Assembly (NCBI RefSeq): GCF_964355755.1
Contig: NC_092674.1
Coordinates: 8,556,001 to 8,620,000, forward strand
Direction of reading: 5' to 3'
Length of the DNA: 64,000 nucleotides
From: Antedon mediterranea
Taxonomy: Eukaryota > Animalia > Echinodermata
The notes under the pieces were generated by a model. It ran no database searches. It was not told where the DNA came from and saw only the letters and a list, made by a program, of their open reading frames with translations. Both the position numbers and the translations under genes were made by a program. This document shows, piece by piece, positions 1 to 13,166 of this stretch; the stretch's first letter is position 1, and each line of letters opens with the position of its first letter.

Positions 1-139
1 AAACCACATTTGCTGTTACATAATAATAAAGACATAAGTTATTTTTTATCTAGATTTCATTATAAATCATGTGTATAATATATACACTAAGAAATAAATT
101 TGAACAAACAATACGGATAATAAAAAAAAATCTTATTTC

Positions 140-210
140 GTTTCCCAAGGTGAGACTCGATCTCGGTACCTTGAGTGCCATAGACACGAGCACACACCAC
201 CGAGCCATAC
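140..210 (-). mobile_element. tRNA-derived SINE head (degenerate)
   Basis: A-box TGGCTCGGTGG and B-box-like GATCGAGTC on the minus strand with tRNA-like spacing. Confidence 0.5.
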
Positions 211-574
211 ACAACTGTCTAAAAATTGTAGAAAAATTCCTCCGTGTATTTACTATGCAGTAACCACTTTGGTGCAGATAGATTATTACATACCGCAATG
301 AATTATAATTTTTTACTATGATGACATCTCTAAAAATGTACAAAAATGATGCACTGTCAAACTATATACTTTTAACTTTAATATATGAACTTTTGGAGGA
401 AGAAAGTTAATGTTAAGTTTGTTATTTTGGCCTAAGAAAATGTTATAATTTGTTTGATTGTCGAAATGAATTTTTTTTAATTTAACATGCAATTAATTAT
501 GGCTTAATCAACTTTTGTTCCCTTAGTTTAATAATAAATCATACATAAGATACATACACTTCAAGAAAATGAAA

Positions 575-1272
575 TAAAAAATATGTGTTCCCGAGCATTC
601 TGACGATCTATATTAATTTTAAAATTTAGCATATTTTCACCATTTTGTTAACTTACACGTGCGTAGCCTGTCACTTTTGACGTGCTCGTATAAGGCAATT
701 ACGCGTTGAAAAGTGAATAAAATATGATGATATTATTAAAGAAAGGTTGTACAACCGAAATCGGACAAAAAGAGTGCGCATTAACGTATAACGCGCAGTG
801 CGCGTGCAAAAATCTGCGCACTCATGGCAATTTTTTAAACGCTTAAAATTGCCTGAAACGTACTCTAATTTCATCGAAAATAAATTTTGACAATTTTGAA
901 CATTTTAAGCGCGCGTACGCAAGCGTTATATGCGCTACGCACGTAATTGTATTGCCATATGATGAAATATGACCTGAAATTTATGAGTACCAAATTTTGT
1001 TTAATTGTGATTCATGCTTGTGAAGATATGATTACAAACGTGATTTCGTAAAATCGCGCGTAGACCGCGTAATTTTTGATTACGCATCGTGAAAATATAA
1101 CCACATCGATTCCTGGCCATAAGGAATATACTCTGAAAAATTGACTTAGATAGATGAAACTGATATCAAGATAATTCACGGACAAAATAGTGCTAAGGAA
1201 AGAATAAATAAATAAATAAAGATTTTGACAGAATCAAGAGGTTATATGCATGATAATGCATATAACCTAATA
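575..1272 (+). mobile_element. Helentron/DINE-like non-autonomous element (tentative; 5' boundary approximate)
   Basis: (AATA)n microsatellite at about 1203-1220 followed by a perfect 13-bp hairpin AGGTTATATGCAT-GATA-ATGCATATAACCT at 1239-1268; CpG-rich body. Confidence 0.45.
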
Positions 1273-1568
1273 AGCAGTTCTGAGTTTAATTATTATAAAC
1301 GGTGAAATTACAAACATAAATCCAACAGCAAATATAAATATTTTAAGTTGGAATGATGATAGTTTGAATATTTCGTTTGGAAATTTCCCCTGTGGTACCA
1401 TACTCTTCATCCAAAATGTCATATAGGCCCTACAAATCCATCAAACGTAAATTTGGTTGTGGGGATGATTATCTTCGTTTCTTTTAAGTTAAGTTGACAG
1501 TATAGGAAAAAATACACAGTTGGCGGTAAGAAATTGTTCATTGCGATAGGGTTAGTATTTTCACCTAC

Positions 1569-4500
1569 CTATAGTTTACAGTCGCAACTGCGATTAATAT
1601 TAGTGCTATACCTGCACCAACTAATCCACCAGCAAGACTCGCAATATCTGTTGGCAGAAAATAAGATAAACTAATTTCATACTGTCTTATTACGTTTCAG
1701 TCTTGTTTATAAATTCAGTGAAGACTAAGTACTCTCATTTTGTACAAATCATGTTTAAGCGTGGTTCCCACTAGCGACGCAACACAAGGACGTAACGCAA
1801 CGCAAGTGAATTGACCAATCACAAGCGATGGCTTATTCGCTTGTGATTGCTAACTGTCTATAACTTCGCTTGTCATTGGTTAAAACGCTTCCGTTGCGTT
1901 TACGTCCTTGCGTTACGTTCTAGTGGGAACCAAGCTTAAGTAATTGATTTCCAAAAAAAGTTATCAATGAAATACAATATTAATAGAGTAGGCCTAGAAT
2001 CAAACAGATAGAAAAATAGTAATGGATGTTATCTTTAAATGATCACTTAAGCCGATTTTCCACTAGGCGAATTTGTTCGCGCGAACCGAAATCGTCAGCT
2101 TATACGCATGTGAAGAAAGGTATTTGGAAGATGAAAATATGAATACGCATGCGTACAAGCTGGCGCTTTCGAATCGCGCGAACAAATTCGCCTTTGTGGA
2201 AAATCGGCATTAGGCTGTGTGAAAATGACCAATTATTTTTCTTGTTGGCCAGATTGCATTGCTAATAGTCTTCACTGGAGTACGCCATGTACTTTATCCT
2301 GGTGTCAAACCAATTGTAGCAAGTATTCATATTGGAGACATTTTCTTCATCATCTCTCCATGACGGACGAGACCATACTGCATTTCCTGAAGAAGATCTA
2401 TTTCAAACTTCATTGTCCTTCCTTCACAATGTCACCAAAGAGTCTGACGTTAATTTTGGAGAACAACCATCATTTGTTTTGTCACTCAATTACCTTCTGT
2501 TGCAGCACCACATCTCAAAGAATCAATCTCTTTGTTTCTCAAGATTCACAACCATTTTTAGTAATATTGAGAAAACTGTTGCAAATTCATATACCGCGGC
2601 TCTTTTATACTATTATCAAGTTTTTCATTTTCGTCCTTGTCATAGCCATATCTCCTGTTGTGCTTATACCTTATTACTATACAAACGGTTAAAAGGAGTG
2701 CTAACCTATTGTTGATTGGCAGAATTCGTTGTTCCAACCACAATCCGGGTGATCTTTAGGTACCTCGGTAGATCCACTTGGCCAAATAATAACCACATTT
2801 TCATTGTATTTGAATACTGAAGAATCTGAATAGTACTCAGCTATGTCGTAAAAATAACCACTCATTTCGTTAAAATCTTGCAGAGCGAAGTCTGGGATAC
2901 GATCACCATGTTCGTCTATTGTAACTTTTCCAGACATTCCTGTAATTAATAAAAAATTATTTTCATGGATATTGGCCCGTATTCTTGGATATAGTCCTCG
3001 ACTAGCTTTAGTCTATAGGCAAATGCAGACTACAAAAACTGTTTGTATAATTTAAACATATTCGTGACGTATATCAATAATACAAGTATTACTTAAAGAA
3101 GCATCATTTGCCCACCCTTAATGTTCGCGAGTTTCACAATTGAACAACGGTCGCGAAAATTAAGGGCGCGCGAAAATATCAATGTAATCATACTAGTAGA
3201 TAAAAGGGTCGATTGTTAATTACAATTTGGTTTTTGTAATTAGTAAATACACATTTGCATTACTCATATTCATTATTATGAACACGTACTAATATAACAT
3301 AGTACATAATAATTTACAATATGTGCTTCCCTCCATGTACTCATTATTAGTAACTGCGGAAATTAGGTTTTTTTTATTGCATATCACGCTTGTATTACTT
3401 TAAGTTATGGCAACTTTTTGATACGCAATAATTATTCGTAAATGAGACATGTGAATTTACTAAGTTTTCTTGTCTGTAGTAAAGCTTCAAAGCAGTTTCT
3501 ATCATAAATTTAAATCTTATTGAAATTACATTCATAAAAAGAATGGTAAGATAACCAAGTCTATAGCCTTCTGTCTAGTTAGCATTAAGTAGTGAGTAAC
3601 CTCTAGTTCTTATATTTCTACACTTTGTCATTGTTTACACGTATGTAGATGTAAAGACAAGATTTGAACTCGTCACCAGGACAAGTTAGATGAGAGTAGA
3701 TAATTAGTGTCTTATTCTAGGTTGAGAATCCACCCTTGATTAATCTAGGCCGTGTATTTTTACCCCAAGTAAACCACGCTAGCAGAGGTAGTACACTACG
3801 TATGTGGAAATTCGTATACACGGCTTATTAGTCGCGTGCAAACGCGACTCTACAGCTCACTATGTCGGTTGGTTGGTCGGTCGGTTGGTCGGTCGTTCGG
3901 TTGGTCGGTCGGTAAACACTAACTCAAATTTGAGCACGCGACTGCAGCCATGTATATGGCCTTGTTTTTTATGTATTTGTGTGTAATACACATACACTCA
4001 CCTTCAAATGTTCTATTGAACAACTTACGCACTATATCATTTCCACTCAATTCGTCTTCTCCCGCCTCAAGAACAGCGTGAAGAGCCACTGCGTACAGGT
4101 ACATCGCGTCGTAAAGCAATCCGGCGTGTACGTCAACCTTAAAGAGAGAATTGAACTTGATAATAGAACGGTATTTCAAATACCGATAAAACTTATGTAT
4201 CTTGTTTATTTTGTAGAAAATTAAAATAAATTTCATTCATTCCATTAAGTTTATTCATCGATTTCCGGTGCAACATGGCGCTTTGGTCATGATTGAACCA
4301 TGATCATTGTAGTTGGAAAGGCAAGCACGTGAACCACCAAGCTATAACTCATACCTTACTTTATATTTGTAACTAAATCAACATCTAATCCACCTCTAGG
4401 CATACTCATCTCGGTTGATATGATTCCCATAGGATTGTAGCAATTAAAGGCAATACACAACTTAATAGGACGACTTTATATCTGTCTATTTTTTTTTCTC

Positions 4501-6597
4501 AAAAATTAAAACTGTAAGTAGGTCTACTTTACCAATGATACTTTGTGTGACGTATTTGAATAACAGAATGCATCTTGCCTACCTGACAGCAGGAATTTAA
4601 TGTGACATGGCATACACGTCACTTTCTGTGACGTCGAGATCGCGGTGTCACCGATGTCACGGGAATTGTCGGGATTGCCCCTTGATCTGATTTCTTAAAT
4701 CTCTGAGGAGGCCGTGACAGTGACGCTAGCTTACTATGTAATCGCATATTGTGAATACTATGAAAATTACACTGTCTGTAAGTCGGTAGCGGATGACGTG
4801 ATCGATGATGACTCCTTGCATGAAATGGTTAGCTTCCTGAGTTGAGAATATAATTCCGAGATGCTGTTATTATAACAAGACATAACTTACCGTTGAATCC
4901 TCTTCTAGAGGATCGTTAAACGGAGTGACAGCCATTCTTCTCCTAACCTCTTCTGTAAAGTTTTTATACTTTTGAGTATCAGGCTCAAGTATGTGTATAT
5001 TAAAAATGCTACCAAATGCCTGGTGTGCATCGTCATCTCTTCCATCATCTCCCATCCACGTATTGTTTCCTATGAACGAGTTTTCGTACAAATCAACGGT
5101 GAAGAATATGTAATCCCCATTGATCATACCAAAATCATAAGCGTACAACATGACGTCACGGACATCACCTCCGTATGCAAACAATAGGATTACTGTAAAA
5201 AAACATTAAAACAATACATACATAGTTAAACAGACAAATAGATAGCTGACGTGTTATGTGTATGAGAGTGTTCTGTATTCTGCCTCCCTATATGGACCTA
5301 GCTGTGGAGAACAAGCACTAAGTATTCTCTGCATCCACAAGGTTACCCTGACCATGTTAAATCACACTCTACCACGTTTAATAATTCTACTGATGCGGTG
5401 ACATGTGCACCATTTACACTAGGACGATAACGATCGACGATAAATAGACAAATATGCATTTTTCATACATAAAACAAAAGAAATACAAAAACTGTTCATT
5501 CTAGAATTATAGAATAACCATCTATGCTTCCTTTGATGAAAATGATCTTTTCACACGTTCAATCAAATGACGTCATGATTAGTAACAGCAATAATATCGT
5601 GACAATACAACGATTTTATTGTTTTTATTTATCATGACGTCATTTGATTGGAATTTAAAAAATCTTATTTTTATAAAATAAAAAAAAAAACCTTTCTAAT
5701 TTCATTTGTTTGTTGTAATAAAAATGCATGCTTATATATATATATTTATCTAGTGTGCCTTTAGCAGCAGCTCAGGTTATCATAATCATAATGTACTAAG
5801 TTATCAAAAGTATGTCATAACATGCATATGAATATAGACCAATTCTGTAATGGTCATTTCAATAGAGAAACAAAATCATTCTTACTTCTGGCTTCGTCTT
5901 TAGTTTTTTCTAACGTTGTATAATGAGTGTCTTCAGTTCCGTACACTAGGTGTTCATTTCCAGGTTCAAAACTGCTGTATTGGGAAATTTCAACTCCAGC
6001 ATCTTCAAGACTAGTCCGAACTTCCGACGAGGTTAACTGCCACGAGTGTTCGCTGGAAGTAATTATGGCAGCTCTAGACCATTCAAAACGATGAAAAAGC
6101 TCTACAATCATCGGTGCGCATCTGAAGTACGGACCAACAGTACGAACAAATGTAGGATAATTGAGCTTATTTGACATGGATGAAGATGTGCAGCCCCACG
6201 AAATCATAGGAAGATCCCAGGCCGCGGTTAAAAGTCCAGATGGCTCACAGACACTGTCACATCCGGCACCGATGAATCCATGTAGATGCAGAACCAATCC
6301 ATGAGACCATAGATCAACTACTTCGTACAGGCCATCACCAGCATTACAACGTGTGTCGTTCCAGAGGAATCCGATCGATCGATTTGGTAAGAGCGCCGGA
6401 TCATTCTGAATATCATCGATGGCGATAGATGCCGCGCTAGCGATCTTTGAACCTATTGGCCAGGAGCCTGTATATGGCAGCAATACACCAAGTACGATAT
6501 CAGTGGTGTCTCCATATGACCCAACGCTTCCTAAAACCACATTTATGAAAGGTACGATCAGACAGAATCGAATGCATTGCTTTAACCTCATCGGCAT
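1569..6597 (-). CDS. Natriuretic peptide receptor / receptor guanylyl cyclase family protein, 5' part (signal peptide, ANF-receptor ectodomain, TM helix); continues beyond the left edge
   Basis: Exons 6597-5886 (acceptor at 6677), 5192-4891, 4137-4002, 2939-2706 and 1647-1569, all GT-AG and phase-consistent. Motifs: GFIGAGCDSVC, LPMISWGC, YPTFVRT, ARIILL...GDYIFF, LYDAMYLYAVAL, GMSGKVTIDEHGDR, P.CGW.NE.C, then TM helix IASLAGGLVGAGIALILIAVATV. Kinase-homology and cyclase domains are not in the window, so the subtype cannot be assigned. Confidence 0.9.
1758..1936. mobile_element. MITE, PIF/Harbinger-like; relatives at about 13965-14120 and 37575-37795
   Basis: TIRs AGCGTGGTTCCCACTAG / CTAGTGGGAACCAAGCT, T(T)AA flanks, internal inverted symmetry. 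Confidence 0.75.
2050..2210. mobile_element. Foldback MITE
   Basis: GCCGATTTTCCACTAGGCGAATTTGTTCGCGCGA is inverted as TCGCGCGAACAAATTCGCCTTTGTGGAAAATCGGC; nearly the whole element is palindromic. Confidence 0.8.
2225..2690 (-). mobile_element. Degraded 3' fragment of an RTE-clade LINE
   Basis: Frameshifted remnants on the minus strand resembling TVFSILL.YGCESW, ID.FEMWC..RR, DKTN..VL, RLFG.IV and QG.....SRP.GR, which are typical RTE ORF C-terminal motifs. Confidence 0.6.
3827..3967 (-). mobile_element. Helentron-associated (DINE-1-like) element; second copy at 21067-21305
   Basis: Terminal hairpin AGTCGCGTGCAAACGCGACT, (GGTC/GGTT)n microsatellite, internal inverted CACGCGACT and end GGCCTTGTT; the same layout recurs at 21 kb. 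Confidence 0.7.
5410..5755. mobile_element. Degenerate copy of the MITE at 16736-17134 (opposite orientation)
   Basis: Starts CACTAGGACGATAACGATCG; about 240 nt match the reverse complement of 16900-17130. Confidence 0.75.
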
Positions 6598-8714
6598 CTT
6601 TGTCGATTGATTAAATTGTTAGAGATCATTGAATTTTACTGTGATTATCATTTCGTCATTTTAGCAGTAGAAGGACCTGTAAAAGATAACAAAAAGACAA
6701 ACGTTTTATGTCACACCACTAGACTTTTAGAATCTTAAACTTGGTGAAAGTAATTTGACGAGATGGAACATCCGAATTTTCACTTGTAGCTGGTTAGCTT
6801 ACTTGAACTACATGATATATTGCCTTTGTGTTGCATCTTCTTCTTCTTCAATAACATTTATTCAATAATGGTAAAGACAAATAATACAAGAATAATAAAC
6901 AATAAGAAACAGTAATACAAAACAAAAACAAGAAAAGCTAAATAAGAGAAAGGAATGGCATCATTGGGGTCATGATTAGAAGTAAAAAACTTGTCTCACC
7001 ATGACCCCAAGAGAGAGAAAAAAAAAAGATATAAAAGGCTACCTTTATAATTATTGCCATATAAAATTATTGTAGGTACAGTCTTTTAAAGGTGGAAACC
7101 AAACTTTAAATTGCAATATTAGGGTTTTTGTCATCTTTATCAATATCTTATTGCTTCGTCGAAAGTAAAAGAAGAACACAAGAATACAAATGTAATCGAT
7201 GACAGGTTTTCAACCATTACTATTGTGTCAGCATTACTTAATTTTTTATTTATTTCTTTCGGAATCTCTGGTCCATATAAATTAAATGTAATTACAACCC
7301 ATAATTACGTATAAGTTACCGATATTTGTTTACAAATAAGGTTTATCGCAAATAGCTTCTACAATGCATGATGGGAAGGGTTTGGGAGCAAACGTCACAA
7401 CGTGTACGTACATGATTTGTTGTTTGTACGTACGCGTCGTGACGTTTGCTCCCAAATCCTTCCCACCATGCGTCGCGCACGCCATTTGTATGAGTAACTA
7501 TACAATATGACATTATCAATAGGTATTTTTTGTGTTCGAATTCAAAATTGTACAATAGAAATGAATTAAAAATATTCTTTTTTAACAGTATTGTACAGAT
7601 ACTTTCGTCTGGAGCCATGTGCCGTTTTATCAGATTATTTAGTAGTGTTGTTTAAGATCTATTGAGTTTATAGATATAAACTTTTTCTTTTTTTGTTGTT
7701 GATCCAATAGATCGAAAAGTACTTAAAATAGTACTTACAACAACGTCTCAGAAAAGAAAAATTCTCTCCTATAATATTAGGATACATATGAAATGTTCAA
7801 AGATATTGAGTTTAGTTTTTAATTCTAAATGGCGATAATGGAACACTGAACACCCTCTCTCATCACCACTCAACACATTCCATCCTAGTAAGATCTTTCT
7901 CTTTGAAAGCTAGCATTTAGAATATTGGATTGCCGTTATCGATTTTGTAATTTTAAAACATCATTATTCGTATATTGACTTCATGGAGTGTGTAAATAAT
8001 CGATGTTTTACAAGATACCATGTTTTTATATTACTTTTTTTACAAGACGACCCAAAAATATGATCAATAATCATCTAAAATTATATAACGTTAATTAGAA
8101 CTTAAATTACCATCCTCTAAAAGATTATTTAAAAATATTTAATTAATGGAAATGGAAAACATTGAAGATAAAGCTTAAGCCTATTGGAATATAATTTGGA
8201 TAATAATAATAATAATTTATTTGGAAGCTACACTTTTGAAACAGCGGCACACTTCTTGAATGAAGGTGCGTCCAGAGTAAGAAAAATAAAAGTTAGAGAA
8301 AACGTTTATTTAACAATAGGCCTATTTACAGTACAAGGAAACTTAAACTAAATTATGTAGAAGATATAAAAAAACAAAAGTAATACAGGATTTAAAAAGC
8401 AAAGAACTAATCATTTTCATTGTTGATGTACCTAGAAATTTGGATATCATAAAGATAAAGAGAGAAAAACAACGATGTGGAGGTTGAGATCAGAAAGAAC
8501 ATAAGGCCTGAGGAAAAGGTTAACGGTTGTTATGTAATATATATTATTATTTTTTATATTGCGTACGTGTAAATCATAATCTTTGATGAAAAAGATTCAT
8601 TAATCATATAATATCGACGTTACTATAGCCTAGTAGGCCTATATACTCTTTAAAAGGAAATTATTTTTTCCTGTTCTTTACACTTTTATTCCTCCTACGA
8701 TATATTCACCCGAT

Positions 8715-8965
8715 AACACGAGCGGTATTATGTTCAAGCAACAATAAACATCTTACAGTATCATGTCTTTTTCTTCCCAAATGGTTGTAGTATAGCCTCT
8801 CTTTTTTAGTGTAGCCTCTTCTCTCTAAAGGCGATATTGTCACCAGACAGCTGATTGGCATGTGCTAAATTTTACAAAATCAGTGCTATGGTATGAATAT
8901 GTTGCCGTCAGCAGGCACGATACAGCGGGATGTTTATTGCTGCTAAACATGATACCGTCGTTTCA
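8715..8965. mobile_element. MITE-like inverted-repeat element
   Basis: CGGTATTATGTTCAAGCAACAATAAACATC is inverted as GATGTTTATTGCTGCTAAACATGATACCG. Confidence 0.55.
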
Positions 8966-9325
8966 CGAGAATCGCCGATACATTTTCATTTCAAGACTTC
9001 ATTAATTCATATTTTCAGAAAAAAAAAATGTCTTTAGATTGTAGAATCGATTTTGATTTTTTAATTCTTTGTCTCCCAATATCATACTTTACTATATTTT
9101 CGTAAGTTTAAATTCAAGATTTATTGTCAAAGACAAAGTAAAAGAAATGTGCTTTTCAATGTTCACAATCGAAAAATACTAATTAATACTATAGTTACTA
9201 AACGTAAGCTCTGTCTATACTATCAAACTTTATGTGACAAAAACATGTGATGTACCCATATGGACATGAGTATGTCATGTCACTGTCAAAATAATTATAC
9301 TGTGTCCTATCAATACGGTATTTAA

Positions 9326-12300
9326 GAGCCATTGTCTGTAAAAATCAAAGATTTGGTGGCAGATGTAAAAAAATGGATTTCTCTCTAATTTTTACCATGA
9401 ATAGACATTTCAATAAAAAGCATATCTACAACATTCATTTTAATTTTTAGCCTCCGTTGCCATGACAACGGTCAATTATCCAAATTTTGATGTTTTTGCC
9501 ATTTTTCACAGATTTTCTATAGTGAAAAAGTACAAACTTGTATACTTATTTTAACCAAAAATACTTACAGTATACAATTTTTGTTTATAGCAGTGTAAAC
9601 AACATGTATTGAGTTCCATTTAATGTAGAAAAAAAAAATTACAAAATGGAGTTTGGTTGATACCATTATTTTAAAAAGGGGTGTTTTAAAAATATATTTT
9701 TTTTTATAAAAGTAGGCCTATACCTCATAAACGTACCTATAACTTCCAAAGTGGTGTTTTTAAATCAATGAGGTTTTTTAATTTGATAGTCAATAGGTTT
9801 GTCAACAATAATCACGAATAATAATTCGTACATAGGTTTTGTGTTGCCAGGAAAATACGAAAAATACAAAAAATATAACAAAATATCAACAAACAAAACA
9901 CATGTATATGTGGCTTGTCATAATGCTACTAGAGTCATACGAATAGTTTAGATAAAATAGGAGAATGTGTTGCCAGGTTTATTTCAATTAATTGCCAGAA
10001 AAACAGTATTTTGCATTGAAATATTTAGTTGATGGAAAATAATGTTAAACTTGGAAATAATTGCGTCAATGGTTTTTATAAATTTTTAAATCTATTTTGT
10101 GTAAAGAGATACAGAAAGACCTCCCAAAAAATTTGACCTTGTAATAGGTCATTTGAGGTCAAAAGGGGTCAGAATGCAAAACAGGACAGGTCCCCAGTTT
10201 ACTACAACTATTAATGTTTGATCAAAATTTACAAGATAGTTCATAACAATTATCAACAATTTTCATATTTTACCTATAGTGTTAGCAACCATTTCTATGT
10301 GTAACTATGAAAAGTAATTTAAAAAAAAAACGTAAAAAATGGCGTTTTTATAAATACAAAGAATTGATTGCATTTGTAATTTTTCTCAATTTTACTTCTA
10401 CTGCATTCCATTAATGACAAACTTGACCTTGTAAATTCATTCATTTTGAGGTCAACATTTTACCATAGTAACTGTTTCTATGCGAAAATTTCAAAAAAGT
10501 AAGGGGTTTTTCATAAATACAAAACATTTTTTCTACATAGTTTTACATTTCTACTTTTTGCCAAATTTACTTTAAATACTGAATCCTAATAATCTCAGAA
10601 AGAAAGTCTTGACGAATCTGAATAAAGGTAAAAAAAATGACCTTTAGTGTTATCTTAAACCTGTTTACGTAACAAATGATATTTTAAAAAAAATAAAATA
10701 TGGAGTTTCATGAAAAAAAAAATATTTTACATATTGAGGTCAAATGACATCAACATTTTACCTATAGTGTATTGTAGCAACTGTTTCTATACGTAACTAA
10801 GTACAATATTTTTAATATTGGTTTTCATGACTACAAACAATTGATTACATAGCTTTACTACCTTTTACAAAATTTACTTATCTACTGAATCCCAGAAAAT
10901 GTCTGACCTTGGGAAAGGGTAATTTGTTGGGTCAAGTTATGTCAAAATGTATTATTTATGTTATCTTAGAACCTGTTTCTATGCGTAACTAAGGATAATT
11001 GTTTTTTTAAATACAGTTGAACCTCCCGTAAGTGGCCACCCTCGGGACCTGGAAAAGTGGCCGCTTACGGGCGGTGAACCCTTACGGGAGGTTCTGCCGA
11101 TAAAGGGCCAAAATCACTTATTATGGCTATATACGATATTCTTAACAAAACGAGCCTCTCAATTTTCCAGCTAATTGTAGACCTATTATTATTTATAATC
11201 AGGTGGTTTAGTATTTTTTAGCATTTTCAGACAAATTTTAAAAACTTTTATCATATGAAAAATGGTCGGTCAAAATCTGTGTAGTTTTCTCATCTCTTCA
11301 CAGTGTTTTTAAAACCTCTTCAAAATAAAGCTAATATATAAAGAAATACAATAAACATGCATCTCTAATTCATAGGTCCATGCAATAAGTATCACATTTT
11401 TCGATTGGCCGCTTACAAAAAATCTCATTTTTAGTATAAAAAGGTGCCCGCAGCTGCTTACGGTAAGCACCAAATGCACTAATTAGATAGGAAGAACAAA
11501 CAGGCTTTTCAAAGTGCGTCCGTTAAGGGAGGTGGCCGCTGTAATTAAAATATGGGGTTTTCATGAATAAAAATAATCACAGAAGAAAGTGCTTACGAAT
11601 ATGACCTTGTGAAACGGTAATTTGAAAATGCAAATAAGGCATGCCTGCTAATAATCTACAAATTTAAATTTGTATGAGATAAATATGCAAAATCTAAAGA
11701 ATATCTCATTTTTAGTTACCATAGTAACTGTTGCTATGCATAACTAAGGGAAATTAAATAATTATCAGATAATTATTGATTAATAATTAATACTGAATCC
11801 AACCATCACAGTAAAAAAAATATAGAATTTAAAACCAATATTTAATAATAAAGTGTGATATTTTACATGCTGACCTTAAATGAAATGAAAGGGCTTCAAT
11901 ATTTGTTATGTAGCATTAACATACATGAGTATATCATTGACTTTTGATTGGTTCTATTTTGGGGAGGGGAAAGTGGTGGATCCAGGACTTTTAAATAGTT
12001 AGGGGGTTGAAGGCGAGGGTCTAAAAACTTAACTTTATGTCCTATCTTTTGCATTGCAATTTTTAACTTGGGGTGGGTGGGGGCTTGGAGAAAGGGGGAG
12101 TGGGTGGGATGGAGGCGTTTGAATCCGTCTATTCATTGGGGCGATAGTAGCGGCAGTGTGGGTGGTGCTTGAATGCATGCATTTGACACTCTATAGTGGA
12201 TGATCGACCAAAGTGTTACAGTTTATCTTTTTGTGGTTATAGTCGGGGTGGGGGGAGGGAGGGGTGGTAGTCGAAAGTGGTGGTGGATGGGCATGTGGGA

Positions 12301-13166
12301 TCTGCTTAGGTTAGCAAATAAAAGAAGTAAACAAATGAAAGAGGAGCTTCAAAATAAGAGAGGAGTAATCTGTTGCAAAGATTAAAATTCACAACGATCT
12401 TATAATTTATTCAAATTTCCAGAGGATATAATCTATAGAACGACATTAAAACTGGGAATTACAGAATCTATAATTAACAAAAAAAATTTTTTCTCACAAC
12501 ACAACTAGAACTATATAAAACATTAAGAATTTTTCTGACCAATGAGTTTCAAATCAAATAATCAAAGAAAATAAAATGTTTTTACTAATATACCATGTTT
12601 TTTTTGTTATAAAAATGCCTATGTTTCTCGCAACACTGCTTGTAGATTTTAAATTTACCCCAGTATTTTATTTTAGAAATCAATTATTAAACATTAGAAC
12701 TACCTATTTATAATAAATCAGCTAAAAAAATACACCACTTTGGGTGTTATGGTGAAGTAAAGTTTAGTTGCATTGAACAATTTAAAAAAAGTGAAAAATA
12801 CCCCTTTTTAAATAAATGGTATCTCTCAAAGTATGAAATTAAAAAAAATAAAACAATTTGGAACAGGTACACAATGCATTTTTATTATGCATACACTAAT
12901 TATTTTTTATAATTAAATGAACAACACAAAAATATCGTTCATCAAAGTAGTACCAATATCCATTTTAAAAAACCTTAAAAAAGGACAAAATTTGTCAAAA
13001 ACACAAATTTGGCCGTTGCCATGGAAATATACGTGTGAAATAAAAAATACTTCATATTTTATTTCTCTCAACACATATATAGCCATGTGCAAAATTTGAA
13101 AGAAATCCATTTTTTTTAGTCTGCCACTCTTTTTGATATTTCTTTGATTCTTACAGACAATGGCTC
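9326..13166. mobile_element. Non-autonomous Kolobok-like DNA transposon, about 3.8 kb, with long imperfect terminal inverted arms
   Basis: TTAA|GAGCCATTGTCTGTAAAAATCAAAGA ... TCTTTGATTCTTACAGACAATGGCTC|TTAA (RR...YY termini, TTAA duplication). Inverted similarity continues about 450 nt inward; no transposase ORF. Confidence 0.8.
11014..11541. mobile_element. Tc1/mariner/pogo-type MITE nested in the Kolobok-like element
   Basis: TA|CAGTTGAACCTCCCGTAAGTGGCCACC ... GGTGGCCGCTG|TA, with repeated TGGCCGCTTACG motifs. Confidence 0.7.

Noticed and set aside
2701-2706. In-frame stop right after the last ectodomain exon (possible soluble receptor isoform)
   Set aside because: Stops at donor sites are common, no nearby poly(A) signal was seen, and a proper TM exon follows.
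2219-2715. Two overlapping plus-strand ORFs (157 and 127 aa)
   Set aside because: They are antisense shadows of a decayed RTE LINE fragment inside an intron and show no protein motifs.
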